Origin: Eledone cirrhosa
Taxonomy: Eukaryota
Reading direction: 5' to 3'
Assembly: GCA_964016885.1 (NCBI GenBank)
Contig: OZ024757.1
Coordinates: forward strand, 13,206,001-13,270,000
Length of the DNA stretch: 64,000 nucleotides
How positions within the stretch are numbered: position 1 is the first letter of the stretch; each line of letters starts with the position of its first letter. The notes under the pieces are model-generated. The model did not search any database and had not been told where the DNA came from. It worked only from the letters and a program-made list of their open reading frames with translations. Of the stretch, positions 1 to 13,221 are shown one piece after another. A program made the translations under genes and the position numbers.

Positions 1-3000
1 AGACTAAGACTTAAACCCCAACCCCAAGCTTTAGAATTAGACGTAATCCCCAACTTTAAACAATAAACACAAGCCTTAGTCTTAAACCACAACCCCGAAC
101 CTTAGACGTAAACTTAAACCCCAACCCCTTAACTTAGACTTAGACTTAAACCCTAACTCCAAGTCTTAGACTGAAACCCTAACACCAACACCAAGCCTTA
201 GACTAAGACTTAAACCCCAATCCAAAGCCTTAGACATAGATTAAACACCAACCCCAAGCCGCAGACTTAGACTTAAACCCCAACACTTAGACTTAGACTA
301 AACCCCACGCCCTAGCCTTAGACGTAAACTTAAACTTAGACTTAGACTTAAACCCCAAACTTAAGCCTTAGGCGTAGAATTAAACCACAACCCAAAGCTC
401 ACACTTAAACACCAACCCCAAGCCTTAGATTTTGACTTAAACCACAACTCCAAGCCTTAGACTTAGACCTTAACCCCAAGACTTAGACTTAAAATCTAAC
501 CTTAGGCTTAGACTAAAACCCAACCCCACGCTTTAGACTTACACGTAATCCCCAACTACAAGCCATAGATTAAACCATAAACACAAGCCTTACTCTTAAA
601 CCCAAACGCCAAGCCTTTGACTTAGACTTAAACCACAACCCCTAGTCTTAGGCGTTAACTTAAACCCCAACCCCAAAACTTAGACTTAGACTTAGACTTA
701 AATTCTAACCACAAGTCTTAGACTTAGACTTAAACCCTAACCCCAAGCCTTAGACTTAAAGCCTAACCCCAACCCCAAGCCTTAGACTTAGGCTTAAAAC
801 CCAATCCAAAGCCTTAGACTTAGACTTAAACACCAACCCCAAGCCGCAGGCTTAGACTTAAACCCCAACCCCTAACCTTAGACGTAAACTTAAACTTAGA
901 CTTAGACTTTAACCACAGCTCCAAGAATTAGACTTAAACCCTAACCCCAAGTCTTAGGCTTAAACTCTAAACTTAGACTTAGACTTAAACCCCAAATCCA
1001 AGCCTTAGTCTTAGACTTGAACACCACCCACTAGCATTAGACTTAGACTTAAACCCCAACTCCAAGGCTAAGAATGAAATCATAACCACAAGCCGTAGAC
1101 TTAAACCCAACACCAAGCTTCAGAGTTAGACTTAAACCCCAACCCCAAACCTTAGATATAGATTTAAACCCCAACCCTAAGCCTTAGACTTAGACTTAAA
1201 CCCAAACGACAAGACTTAGACTTAGACTTAAACCCAATCCCAAAGGCTTAGAGTTAAACTTAAACTCCAACCACAAGTCTTAGACTTAGACTTAAAACCC
1301 AACCCGAAGCCTTAGACTTAGACTTAATCCCCAACATTAAGCTTTAGACAGAGACTTAAACCCCACGCCTTATCAATAGATTTAAACCCCAACCACAAGC
1401 CCTAGACTTAGAGTTAAACCCCAACCCCAAGCTATAGACTTAGACTTGAACCCCAACCACAGGCATAAGACTTAGACTTGAACTCCAACCCCAAGCGTTA
1501 GACTTAGACTTAAACCCCAAATACCCATCCTTAGATTTAAATCCTAACCCTTAGATTTAATCCACAACCACAAGACTTAGACTTAGACTTAAACCCGAAC
1601 CTCAAGCCTCAGACTTAGACTTAGACGTAAACCCAACCTGAAGTCTTAGGCGTAGATTTAAACCCCAACCTAAAGCTTACACTTAAACTCCAACCTCAAG
1701 CCTTAGACATAGACTTAAACCACAACTCCAAGCCTTAGACTTAAAATCTAACCTTAGACTTAGACTTAAATCCCAACCCCAAGACTTAGACTTAGACTTA
1801 AACCCAAGCCCCAAGCCTTAGACATATACTTAAACCCGAACTCCAAGCCTTAGAATTAAACCCTAACCCCAAGCCTTAGACTTAAATCCTAAACCAACCC
1901 TTAGACTTAGATTTAAACCACAAATCTAAGCCTTAGAGTTAGACTTAAACCCCAACCACAAGACTTAGACTTATTTAAACCCGAACCCCAAGCCTTAGAC
2001 TTAAACCCCAACCATTAGCCTTAGATTTAGACTTAAACCAGAACCCCAATTCTTAGTCTTAGACTTAAACCCCACCCACTAGTATTAGACAGATATAAAC
2101 CCCAACTCCAAGCCTTAAAATTAAACCATAACCATAAGCCGTAGACTTAAACCCAACACCAAACCTTAGAGTTAGACTTCAACCCCAACCCCAACCCTTA
2201 GACATAGATTTAGACTTAAACCCAAACCATAAGCCTTAGACTTAGAATTAACCGCCAACTCCAAGCCCTAGAATTAAACCATTACCACAAGCCGTAGACT
2301 TAAACGCCAACCCAAAGCCTTAGATTTAGAATCCATACCCAACCTCAAGCCTTAGACTTAGACTTAAATACAAACCCAAAGATTTAGAATTAAACTTAAA
2401 CCCCAACCCCAAGACTTAGACTTAGACTTAAACCCCAACACGCATCCTTAGACTTAAATCCTAACAACAACGCTTAGACTTAGACTTAAACCACAAACCC
2501 AAGCTTTACAGTTAGACTTAAACATCAACCACAAGTCTGAGACTTAGATTTAAACTCGAACCACAAGCCTTAGACTTAAACCCCAACCACAAGCCTTAGA
2601 CTTAGACTTAAACAAGAACCCCAAGTCTTAGACTTAGACTTAAACCCCAACTCCAATTCTTAGTCTTAGATTCAAACCCCACCACTAGCATTAGACTTAG
2701 ACATAAACCCCAACCCCCAAGCCTGAGGATTAAACCATAACCACAAGACGTAGACTTAAACCCAACACCAAGCCTTAGATTTAGACTTAAACCCCAACCC
2801 AAACCCTTAAACATAGACTTAAACCCCAACCCCAAGCCTTAAACATAGACTTAAACCCCAACCCGAAAACATAGACTTAGACTTAAACCTCAACCACTAG
2901 CATTAGCCTTAGACTGAAAGCCAACACCAAGCCTTAGACTTAATCCGTAATCCCAAGCCTTACACTTAAACACAAAATCATAGCCTTAGACATAGACTTA

Positions 3001-6000
3001 AATCCCAACACCAAGCCTTAGTCATAGACTTAAACCTCAACCACAAGCCTCACACTTAGACTTAAACCGCAACCCCAAGCCTTAGACTAAGATTTAAACA
3101 CTAACCCCAAGCCTTAGACTTAGACGTATACCCCAACGCAAAGCCTCAGGCTTAGACTTAAACCCCAACCCTTAGACTTAGACGCAAACTTAAACTTAGA
3201 CTTAGACTTAAACCCCAACCTCAAGCCTTCGGCGTAGAGTTAAACCCCAACCCAAAGCTTACACTTAAACCTTAACCCCAAGCCTTAGACTTAAACTTAA
3301 ACCCTAACCCCAAGACTTAGATTTAAATTCTAAACCAACCCTTAGACTTAGACTTAAACCACAAACCCAAGCCTTAGACTTAGACTTAAACCCCACCCAC
3401 TAGCATTAGACTTAGACTTAAAGCCAAAACCAAGCCTTAGACTTAAGCCGTAACCCCAAGCCTTAGACTTAAACCCAAACCCCTTAGACTTAGATTTAAA
3501 CCCCAAAACCTAGCCTTAGACATAGACCTAAATCCCAACACCAAGCCTTAGACATAGACTTAAACTCCAATCCCAAGCCTTAGACTTAGACTTAAAACCC
3601 AAACCCAAGCATTAGACTTAAATCCTAACCACAACACTTAGACTTAAACCCGAACCCCAACCTTAGCCTTAGACTTAGAACTATACACCAAGCCCAAGCC
3701 TTAGAGTTAGACTGAAACCCTAACCCATGCCTTAGACATTGACATAAACCCCAACCACAAGCATTAGACTTAGCCTTAAACCCCAACACCCATCCTTAGA
3801 TTTAAATCCTAACCCTTAGATGTAAACCCCAACTTAGTATTAGACTTAAACCCGAACCCCAAGCCTCAGACTTAGACATAAACCCGAACCCCAAGCCTTA
3901 GAATTAGAGTTACACCACAAACCCAAGCCTTAGACTTAGACTTAAAGCCGAATCCCAAGACTTAGCCTTAAATCTCAACACCCATCCTTAGACTTAAATC
4001 CTAACACCAACCTTTAGACGTAAAATTAAACCCCAACCACAAGCCTCAGACTTAGACATAAACGCCAACCGAAAGTCTTAGACTTAGATTTAAACCCCAA
4101 CCCCAGCCTTAGACTTAGACTTCAACCCCAAATCCAAGCCTTAGATTTACACTTACACCCTAACAGCAAGCTTTCGATTCAGACTTAAACCCTACCCCAA
4201 GCCTTAGACTTAGACATAAACCCCAAACCCAAGCCTTAGATTTAGACTTAAACACCAAACCCAAGCCTTAGAATTAGACTTAAACGCCTACCCCAAACCC
4301 AAACCTCAGGCCTTAGACTTAGACTTAAACCCAAATCTTAAGCCTCAGAGTTAGTCTTAAACTCCAAGACATTAACATAGATTTAAACCGCAACTTCAAG
4401 CCTTGGATTAAGACTTAAACTCCAACCTCAAACTTTAGAATTAGACGTAATCCCCAACGACAAGCCTTAGAATTACACCATAAACACAAGCCTTACACTT
4501 AAACCCTAACCCCAAGCCTTAGTCGTAGACTTAAACACCAACTATAAGCCTTAGACTTAGACTTAAACCCCAACCACAAGCCTTAGACTGAGACTTGAAC
4601 CCCAACTCCTAGCCTTAGACTTAAACTTAAACCTCAATCCCAGGCCTTAGACTTAGACTTAAAAAGAAACCCCAAGCCTTAGCCTTAGACTTAGACACCA
4701 ACTCCAAGCCGCAGACTTAGACTTAAACCCCACACTTAGACTTCGACTAAATCCCAACCCCTAGCCTTAGACGTAAACTTAAACTTAAATCCCAAACTCA
4801 AGCCTTACGCGTAGACTTAAACCCCAACGCAAAGCTTACACTTAAACCCCAACCCCAAGCCTTAGACTTAGACTTTAACCACAACTCCAAGCCTTAGACT
4901 TAAACGCTAACCCCAAGCCTTAGACTTAAAATCTAACCTTAGACTTAGAATTGAACCCCACCCACAAGCATTAGACTTAGACTTAAACCCCAACTCCAAG
5001 CCTTAGAATTAAACCATAACCTCAAGCCGTCGACTTAAACCCAACACCAAGCCTTAGAGTTAGACTTAAACTCCGACCCAACCCTTAGACATAGATTTAA
5101 ACCCCAACCCTAAGCCTTAGACTTAGACTTAAACCCCAATCACAAGACTTAGACTTAGATTTAAACCGGAACCACACCTTTAGACTTAAACTCCAACCAC
5201 AAGCCTTAGACTTAGACTTAAACTCCAACCCCAAGCCTTAGACTTAGACTTAAACCGGAACCTCAAGCCTTAGACTTAGACTTAAACCCCAACCCCAATT
5301 CTTACTCTTAGACTTAAACCCCACTCGCTAGCATGAGACTTAGACATAAACCCCAACTCCAAGCCTTAGAATTAAACCATAACCACAAGCCGTAGACTTA
5401 AACCCAACACCAAGTCTTAGACATTTATTTAAACCCCAACCCTAAGCCTTAGACTTAAACCCCAACCTCTAGCCTTAGACATAGACTTAAACCCCAACCC
5501 CAAATCATAGATTTAGACTTAAACCTAAACCACTAGCATTAGACTTAGATTTAAAGCCAACACCAAGCCTTAGACTTAAACCGTATCCCAAAGCCTTAGA
5601 CTTAAACCCAAACTCCAAGCCTTAGATATAGACTTAAACCCAAAACCATAGCCTGAGACATAGACTTCAACCCGAAATCCAAACCTTAGACATAAATTTA
5701 AACCCCAATCCCAAGCCTTAGACTTAGACTTGAACCCTAAATCCAACCCTTAGACTTAAAACCTAACCCCAAGCCTTAGACTTAAATCCTAACACCAACC
5801 CTTAGACTTAGACTTAAACCACAAACCCAAGACTTACACTTAGACTTAAACCTTAACCCCAAGCCTTAGACCTAAACCACATCCTTAAACCTTAGACTTA
5901 GAAATAAACGCCAAACCAAAGTCTTAGACTTAGACTTAAACCCCAACCCTTAAAGTTAGACCTAACTCCAAGTCTTAGACTTAAACACTAACCCCAAGCC

Positions 6001-9000
6001 TTAGACTTAGATTTATATTCCAACCTCAAGCCTTAGGCGTAGACTTAAACTCCAATCCAAAGTTAACACTTAAAAACTAACCCCAAGCCTTAGACTTAAA
6101 CTTAAACAGCAACACCAAGCTTTAGATTTGCAGGCTTTAGACTTAGACTTAAACCCCAACCACAAAGGTTAGACTTAGATTTGAACACCAACTCCTAGCC
6201 TTAGACTTAGACTTAAACCCGAACCTCAAGCCTTAGACTTAAACACCAAACACAAGCCTTAGACTTAGACATAAAAACCACGCCAAAGGCTTAGACTTAG
6301 ATTTAAACCGCAACCCTTAGCCTTAGACTTAGACTTAAACCACAAATACAAGCCTTAGACTTAAACCCTAAACCCAAGCTTTAGACTTAAATCCTAACAC
6401 CAACCCTTAGATTTAGACTTAAACCCCAACCCCTATACTTAGACGTAAATTTAAAGCCCAACTCCAAGACTTAGACTTACACTCCAACCCCAAGCCTCAG
6501 CCACTAGCATTAGACTTAGACTTAAAGCCAACACCAAGCCTTTAACTTTGACTTAAACCCAAAACCATAGCCTTAGACATAGACCTAAATCCAACACCAA
6601 GCCTTAGACATAGACTTAAACCTCAACCGAAGCCTTAGACTTACATTTAAATACCAACGCCAATCCTCAGACTTAGACATAAACCCGAACCCCAAGCATT
6701 AGAATTTGACTTAAACCCCAAACCCAAGTCTTAGACCTAGACGTAAACCCCAACCCAAGCCTTAGGCTTAGACTTAAACGCAAATTCCAAGCCTTAGACT
6801 TAAAATTAAATCCAAACCCCAAGGTTTAGACTTAGACTTAAACCCCAATTCCAAGCCTTAGAATTAAACCCTAACACGAGCCCTTAGACTTAGACTTAAA
6901 CCACAAACCCAAGCCTTAGACTTAGACTTAAACCCGAACCCCAAGCCTTAGACTTAAACCTCATCCCAAGCCTTAGACTTAGACATAAACGCCAACCCAA
7001 AGGCTTACACTTAGACTTAAACCCCAACCCTTAGAATTAGACTAAACCCCAACCACTAGCCTTAGACGTAAACTTAAACTTAGACTTAGAATTAAACCCC
7101 AACCTCAAGCCTTAGGCGTAGAATTAAACCCCAACCCAAAGCTTACACTTAAACCCTAACCCCAAGCCTTAGTCTTGAACACCAACTGCAAGCTTTAGAC
7201 TTAGAATTAAACCCCAAGCCCAAAGGTTAGACTTAGATTTGAACCCAAACTCCTAGCCTTAGACTTAGACTTAAACCCCAACCACTAGCTTTAGACATAG
7301 ACTTGAAGCCCAACCCAAAGCCTCAGACTTAGACTTAAACCCCAAGCCTTAGAATTAAACCATAACCACAAGCCGTAGACTTAAACCCAACACCAAGCCT
7401 TAGAGCTAGACTTAAACCCCAACCCTAAGTTTTATACTTAGTCTTAAACCCCAAACCCTAGCCTTAGATATAGACTTAATCCCCAACCCTAAATCATAGA
7501 ATTAGACTTAAACCTCAACCACTAGCATTAGACTTAGACTTAAAGACAACACCAAGCCTTAGACTTAAACCGAAACTCCAAGCCATAGACGTAAATCTGA
7601 ACACCAAGCCTTAGACATAGACTTAAACCCGAACCCCAAGCCTTAGACTTAAACCCCAAACCCAAGCGTTAGACTTAGACATAAACACCCCACCCCCCAA
7701 GCCTTATACTTAAACATAAAGCCGAACACGAAGCCTTAAAATCAGACTTAAACCCGAAATCCAAACTTTAGACATAGATTTAAACCCCAATCACAAGCCT
7801 TAGACTTAGACTTAAACCCGAACCCCAAGCCTTAGACTTAAACCGCAAACCCAAGCCCTAGACTTAGACATACACGCCCCCCCCCCAAACCTTAGACATA
7901 GACTTAAATCCGAAATCCAACCCTTAGACTTAAAACATAACTACAAGCCTTAGACTTAAATCCTAACACCAACTCTTAGACGTAGACTTAAACCACAAAT
8001 CCAAGACTTAGACTTATACTTAAACCCCAACCCCAAGACTTAAACTTAAATCCCATCCCCAAGCCTTAGAATTAGACATACACGCCAACCCAAAGGCTTA
8101 GATTTAGACTTAAACCCCAACCCCCAGCCTTAGACTTAGACTTAAACCCCAACCCCTAAACTTTGAGTTAGACTTAAACCCTAACCCCAAGTCTAAGACT
8201 TAGACTTATACCCCAACCATTAGACTTATACGTAAACTTAAACTTAGACTTAAACCCCAACCCCTAGCCTTAGACATAGACGTAAACCCCAACCCCAAAT
8301 CATAGAATTAGACTTAAACCTCAACCACTAGCATTAGTCTTAGACTTTAAGCCAACACCAAGCCTTAGATTTGAACCCCAACTCCAAGCTTTTGGCTTAG
8401 ACTTAAACCCCAACTCCAAGCCTCAGACTTAGACTTAAACCCCAACCCTAAGACGTAAACTTAAACTTAGATTTAAACTTAAACCCCAACCCCAAACATT
8501 AGACTTAGACGTAAACCCCAACTCCAAGCGTTAGATTTAAACCCAAACAACAAGCCTTAGACTTAAACCCCAAACCCAATTCTTAGTCTTAGACTTAAAC
8601 CCCACCCTCTAGCATTAGACTTAGACATAAACCCCAAGCCCAAGCCTTAGAATTAAACCATGACCACAAGCCGTAGATTTAAACCCAACCCCTACCCTTA
8701 GACGTAAAATTAAACCCCAACTCCAAGACTTAGACTTAAACCACAGCCTCAAGCCTTAGACGTAGATCTAAACCCCAACCCCAATTCTTAGTCTTAGACT
8801 TAAACCCCACCCACTAGCATTAGACTTACACAAGATTTAGAATTAAAGCATAACCACAAGCCGTAGACTTAAGCCCAACACCAAGGCTTAGAGTTAGACT
8901 CAAATCCCAACACCAACCCTTAGACATAGATTTAAACCCCATCCCTAAGCCTCAGACATAGTCTTATATCCCAACACCAAGCCTTAGACATAGACTTAAA

Positions 9001-10479
9001 CCCCAACCCCAAGCCTTAGATTTAGGTTTAAACCCCAACCCCAAGCCTCAGACTTAGACTTAAATCCGAACCCGAAGCCTTAGAATTAGACTTAAACCCG
9101 AAACCCAAGCCTGAGACTTAGAGTTAAACCCAAATTCCAAGCCTTCAACTTAGACTTAAACCCGAACCTCAAGCCTTAGACTTAAACACCAAACCCAAGC
9201 CTCAGAATTAGACTTAAACCCCAAACCTTAGACTTAGAGGTAAACTTAAACTTAGATTTAGACTTAAAACCCAACCCCAAACTTTAGACGTAGACGTAAA
9301 CCACAATTCCAAGCCTTAGATTTAAACCCAAACCACAAGCCTTAGACTTGAACCCAACCCCAAGCCTTAGACTTAGAGTTAAACCCTAACCACAAGCTTT
9401 AGATTAGACTTAAACCACAAGCCTTAGACTTAGAATTTAAACCCCAATCCCAATCTTGAGACTTAAACTTAAAGCCTAACCCCAATCCGTAGACTTAACT
9501 CCTAAACCAACCCTTAGACTTAGACTTAAACCACAAACCCAAGCCTTAGACCTAGACTTAAACCCCAACCACAAGCCTTAGACTTAGATTTAAACCCGAA
9601 CCCCAAGCCTAAGACTTAAACCCCAACCACAAGCCTTCGACTTAGACTTAAACCCCAACCCCAAGTCTTAGAGTTAGACTTAAACCTCAACACCCACCCT
9701 TAGACATAGATTTAAACCCAGACCCCAAATCATAGACTTAGACTTAAACCCAACACGAAGCCTTAAAATTAGACCTATACCCGAAATCCAAGCCTTAGAC
9801 TTAGATTTAAACTCCAATCCCAAGCCTTAGACTTAGACTTAAAGCCGAACCTCAATCCTTAGACTGAAACCCAAAACCCAAGCCTTAGACTTAGACATAA
9901 ACGCCCCCCAAAGACTTAGACTTAGACTTAAACCCCAACTCCTATCCGTAAATTTAAACCCCAACCTCAAGCCTCAGACGAAGACTTAAACCCAAAGTCT
10001 TAGACTTAGACTTTAACTCCAAACCAAAGCCTTAGACATAGACTTAAACCCCAACCCCAAGCTTTAGACTTAGACGTAAACCCCAACTCCAAGCCTTAGA
10101 ATTAAATCCTAACCACAACACTTAGACTTAAACCCGAACCCCAACCTTAGCTTTAGACTTAGACTTATACCCCAAGCCCAAGCCTTGGACTTCGACTTAA
10201 ACCCTAACGCCAAGCATTAGATTTATACTCACACCCTAACCCCAAGCCTTAGAATTAGACTTAAACCACAAACACAACTCTTAGAATTAGACTTAAAACC
10301 CAAAACCAAGCCTTTGACCTAGACTTAAACCCCAACCCCATGCCTTAGACTTAAACCCTAACCACTAAACTTAGACTTAGACTTAAACCACAAACCCAAG
10401 CCTTAGACTTAGACTTAAACTCCAACCACAAGCCTTAAACATAGACTTAAACCCAAAACTTAAGCCTCAGACTTAGACT

Positions 10480-11256
10480 TGGAGTTTGGGTTTAAGACTA
10501 AGGCTTGGGGTTATGGTTTCAGTCTAAATCTAAGTTTAGGGGTTTGGGTTTAAGTTTACGTCTAAGGCTAGGGGTTGTGGTTTAAGTCTAAGTCTAAGGC
10601 TTGTCGTTTGGGTTTAAGTCTAAGGCTTGTGTTTATGGTTTAATTCTAAGTAGGGGATTACATCTAATTCGAAAGCTTGGTGTTGCGATTTAAGCCTTAG
10701 TCTAAGGCTTGAGGTTGGGGTTTAAATCTATGTCTATGTCTTGGGGTTTTAGTCTAAGTCTGAGGCTTAAGGTTTGTGTTTAAGTCTAAGTCTAAGGCTT
10801 GGGGTTTGGATTTGGGGTATGGGTTTAAGTCTAATTCTAAGGCTTGGGCTTGGGGTTTAAGTCTAAATCTAAGGCTTGGGGTTGGGGTTTATGTCTAAGG
10901 CTTGCGCTAGGGTTTAATTCTAAATCGAAAGCATGGGGTTAGGGTATAAGTGTAAGTCTATGGCTTGGATTAGGGGTTTAAGTCTAAGTGTAAGCCTGGG
11001 GGTTGGGGTTTAAATCTAAGTCTAAGGTTTGGGGTTGGGTTTTACGTCTGAGACTTGAGGTTCGGGTTTAAGTCTTAGTCTAAGTCTTGTGGTTGGGGTT
11101 TAAATCTAAGGGTTAGGATTTAAATCAAAGGATGGGTGTTAGGGTTTAATGCTAAGTATAATGCTTGTGGTAGGGGTTTATATCTATATCTTTAGGCAAA
11201 GGGGTTAGGGTTTAAGTCTAAGTCTAAGGCTTGGGGTTCGGGTGTGAGTATAAACT
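10480..11256 (-). repeat. Inverted block of the same satellite
   Basis: Composition flips to GGCTTGGGGTTGGGGTTTAAGTCTAAGTCTAA between ~10480 and ~11255, then reverts. Confidence 0.96.
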
Positions 11257-13221
11257 TTAAGCCTCAGACTTAGACTAAAACTCCAAGTCATAGACATAGA
11301 TTTAAACACCAACCTCAAGCCTTAGACTAAGACTTAAACCCCAACACCAAACTTTTAAATTAGACGTAATCCCCAACTTACAATTAAACCATAAACACAA
11401 GCCTTAGACTTAAACCCAAACGCCAAGCCTTAGTCTTAGATTTAAAGCACATCCCCTAGCCTTAGACGTAAACTTAAACCCCAACCCCTAAACTTAGACA
11501 TAGACTTAAACCCTAACCCCAAGTCTTAGACTTAAACTCTAACCTTAGACTTAGACTTAAACCCCAACCTCAAACCTTAGACATAGACTTAAACCCCAAC
11601 ACAAAGCCTTAGACTTAGACTTAAACTCCAACCCCAAGCCTTAGACATAAATTTAAACCCCAACCCCAAGCTTTAGACTTAGATGTAAACCCCAACTCCA
11701 AGCCTTAGAATTAAATCCTAACCACAACACTTAGACTTAAACCCGAACCCCAACCTTAGCCTTAGATTTAAAGCCTAACCCCAACCCGAACCCAAGCCTT
11801 AGACTTAAACCCCAACCACAAGTCTTAGACTTACACTTTAACCCCAACCACAAGCCTTAGACTTAGTCTTGAACCCCACCCACTAGCATTAGACTTAGAC
11901 TGATACCCCAAATCCAAGCCTTAGAATTAAATCATAACCACAAGTAGTAGAGTTAAACCCAACACCAAGCCTGAGAGTTAGACTTAAACCACAACCCCAA
12001 CACTTAGATATAGATTTAAACCCCAACGCTAAGCCTTAGACTTAGACTTAAACCCCAACCCCAAGCCTTAGATTTAGACTTACCCCCCAACCCGAAGCCT
12101 TAGTCTTAGACTTAAACCCGAACCCCAAGCCTTAGACTTAGACTTAATCCCCAAACTTAAGCCTTAGACATAGACTTAATCCCCAACATTAAGCTTTAGA
12201 CATAGACTTAAAACCCAAGCCTTGGACATAGGTTTAAACCCCAGCCACACGCCTTAGAGTTAGAGGTGAAACCCCACACACTAGCATTAGACTTACACTT
12301 AAACCTCAAATCCAAGCCTTAGAATTAAATCATAACTACAAGTAGTAGACTTAAACCCAACACCATGCCTTAGAGTTAGACTTAAACCACAACCCCAACC
12401 CTTAGATATAGATTTCAACCCCAACCCTAAGCCTTAGACTTAGACTTAAACCCCAACCCCAAGCCTTAGACATAGACTTAAACGCCAACCCCAAGCTATA
12501 GACTTAGACGTAAACCCCAACTCCAAGCCTTAGAATTAAATCTTAACCACAACCCTTAGACTTAAACCCGAACTCCAAACTTAGCCTTAGACTTAGACTT
12601 ATACCCCAATACCAAGCCTTAGAGATAGACTTAAACCTTAACCCCATGCCATAGACTTAGACATAAACCCCTACCACAAGCATTAGACTTAGCCTTAAAC
12701 CCAAACACCCATCCTTAGATTTAAATTCTAACCCTTAGATTTAAACTCCAACCACAAGACTTAGACTTTTCTTAAACCGGAACCCAAGCCTTAGAATTAT
12801 ACTTAAAGCACAAACCCAAGCCTTAGACATAGACTTAAACACCAACCACAAGACTTAGACTTAGACTTAAACCCGAATTCCAAGACTTATATTTAAACCC
12901 CAACCCCAAGCCTTATAATTAGACATAAACGCAAACACAAAGGCTTAGATTTAGACTTAAACCCCAACCCCCAGCCTTAGACTTAGACTTAAACCCCAAA
13001 TCCTGGCGTTAGACTTACATTTACACCCTAACCCCAAGCTTTCGATTGAGACTTAAACCCTACCCCAAGCCATAGACATAAACCCCAACCTCAAGCCTTA
13101 AATTTAGACTTAAACCTCAAACCCAAGCCTTAGATTTAGACTTAAACCCAAACCTTAAGCCTCAGACTTAGACTAAAACCCCAAGACATAGCCATAGATT
13201 TAAACCACAACGTCAAGCCTT

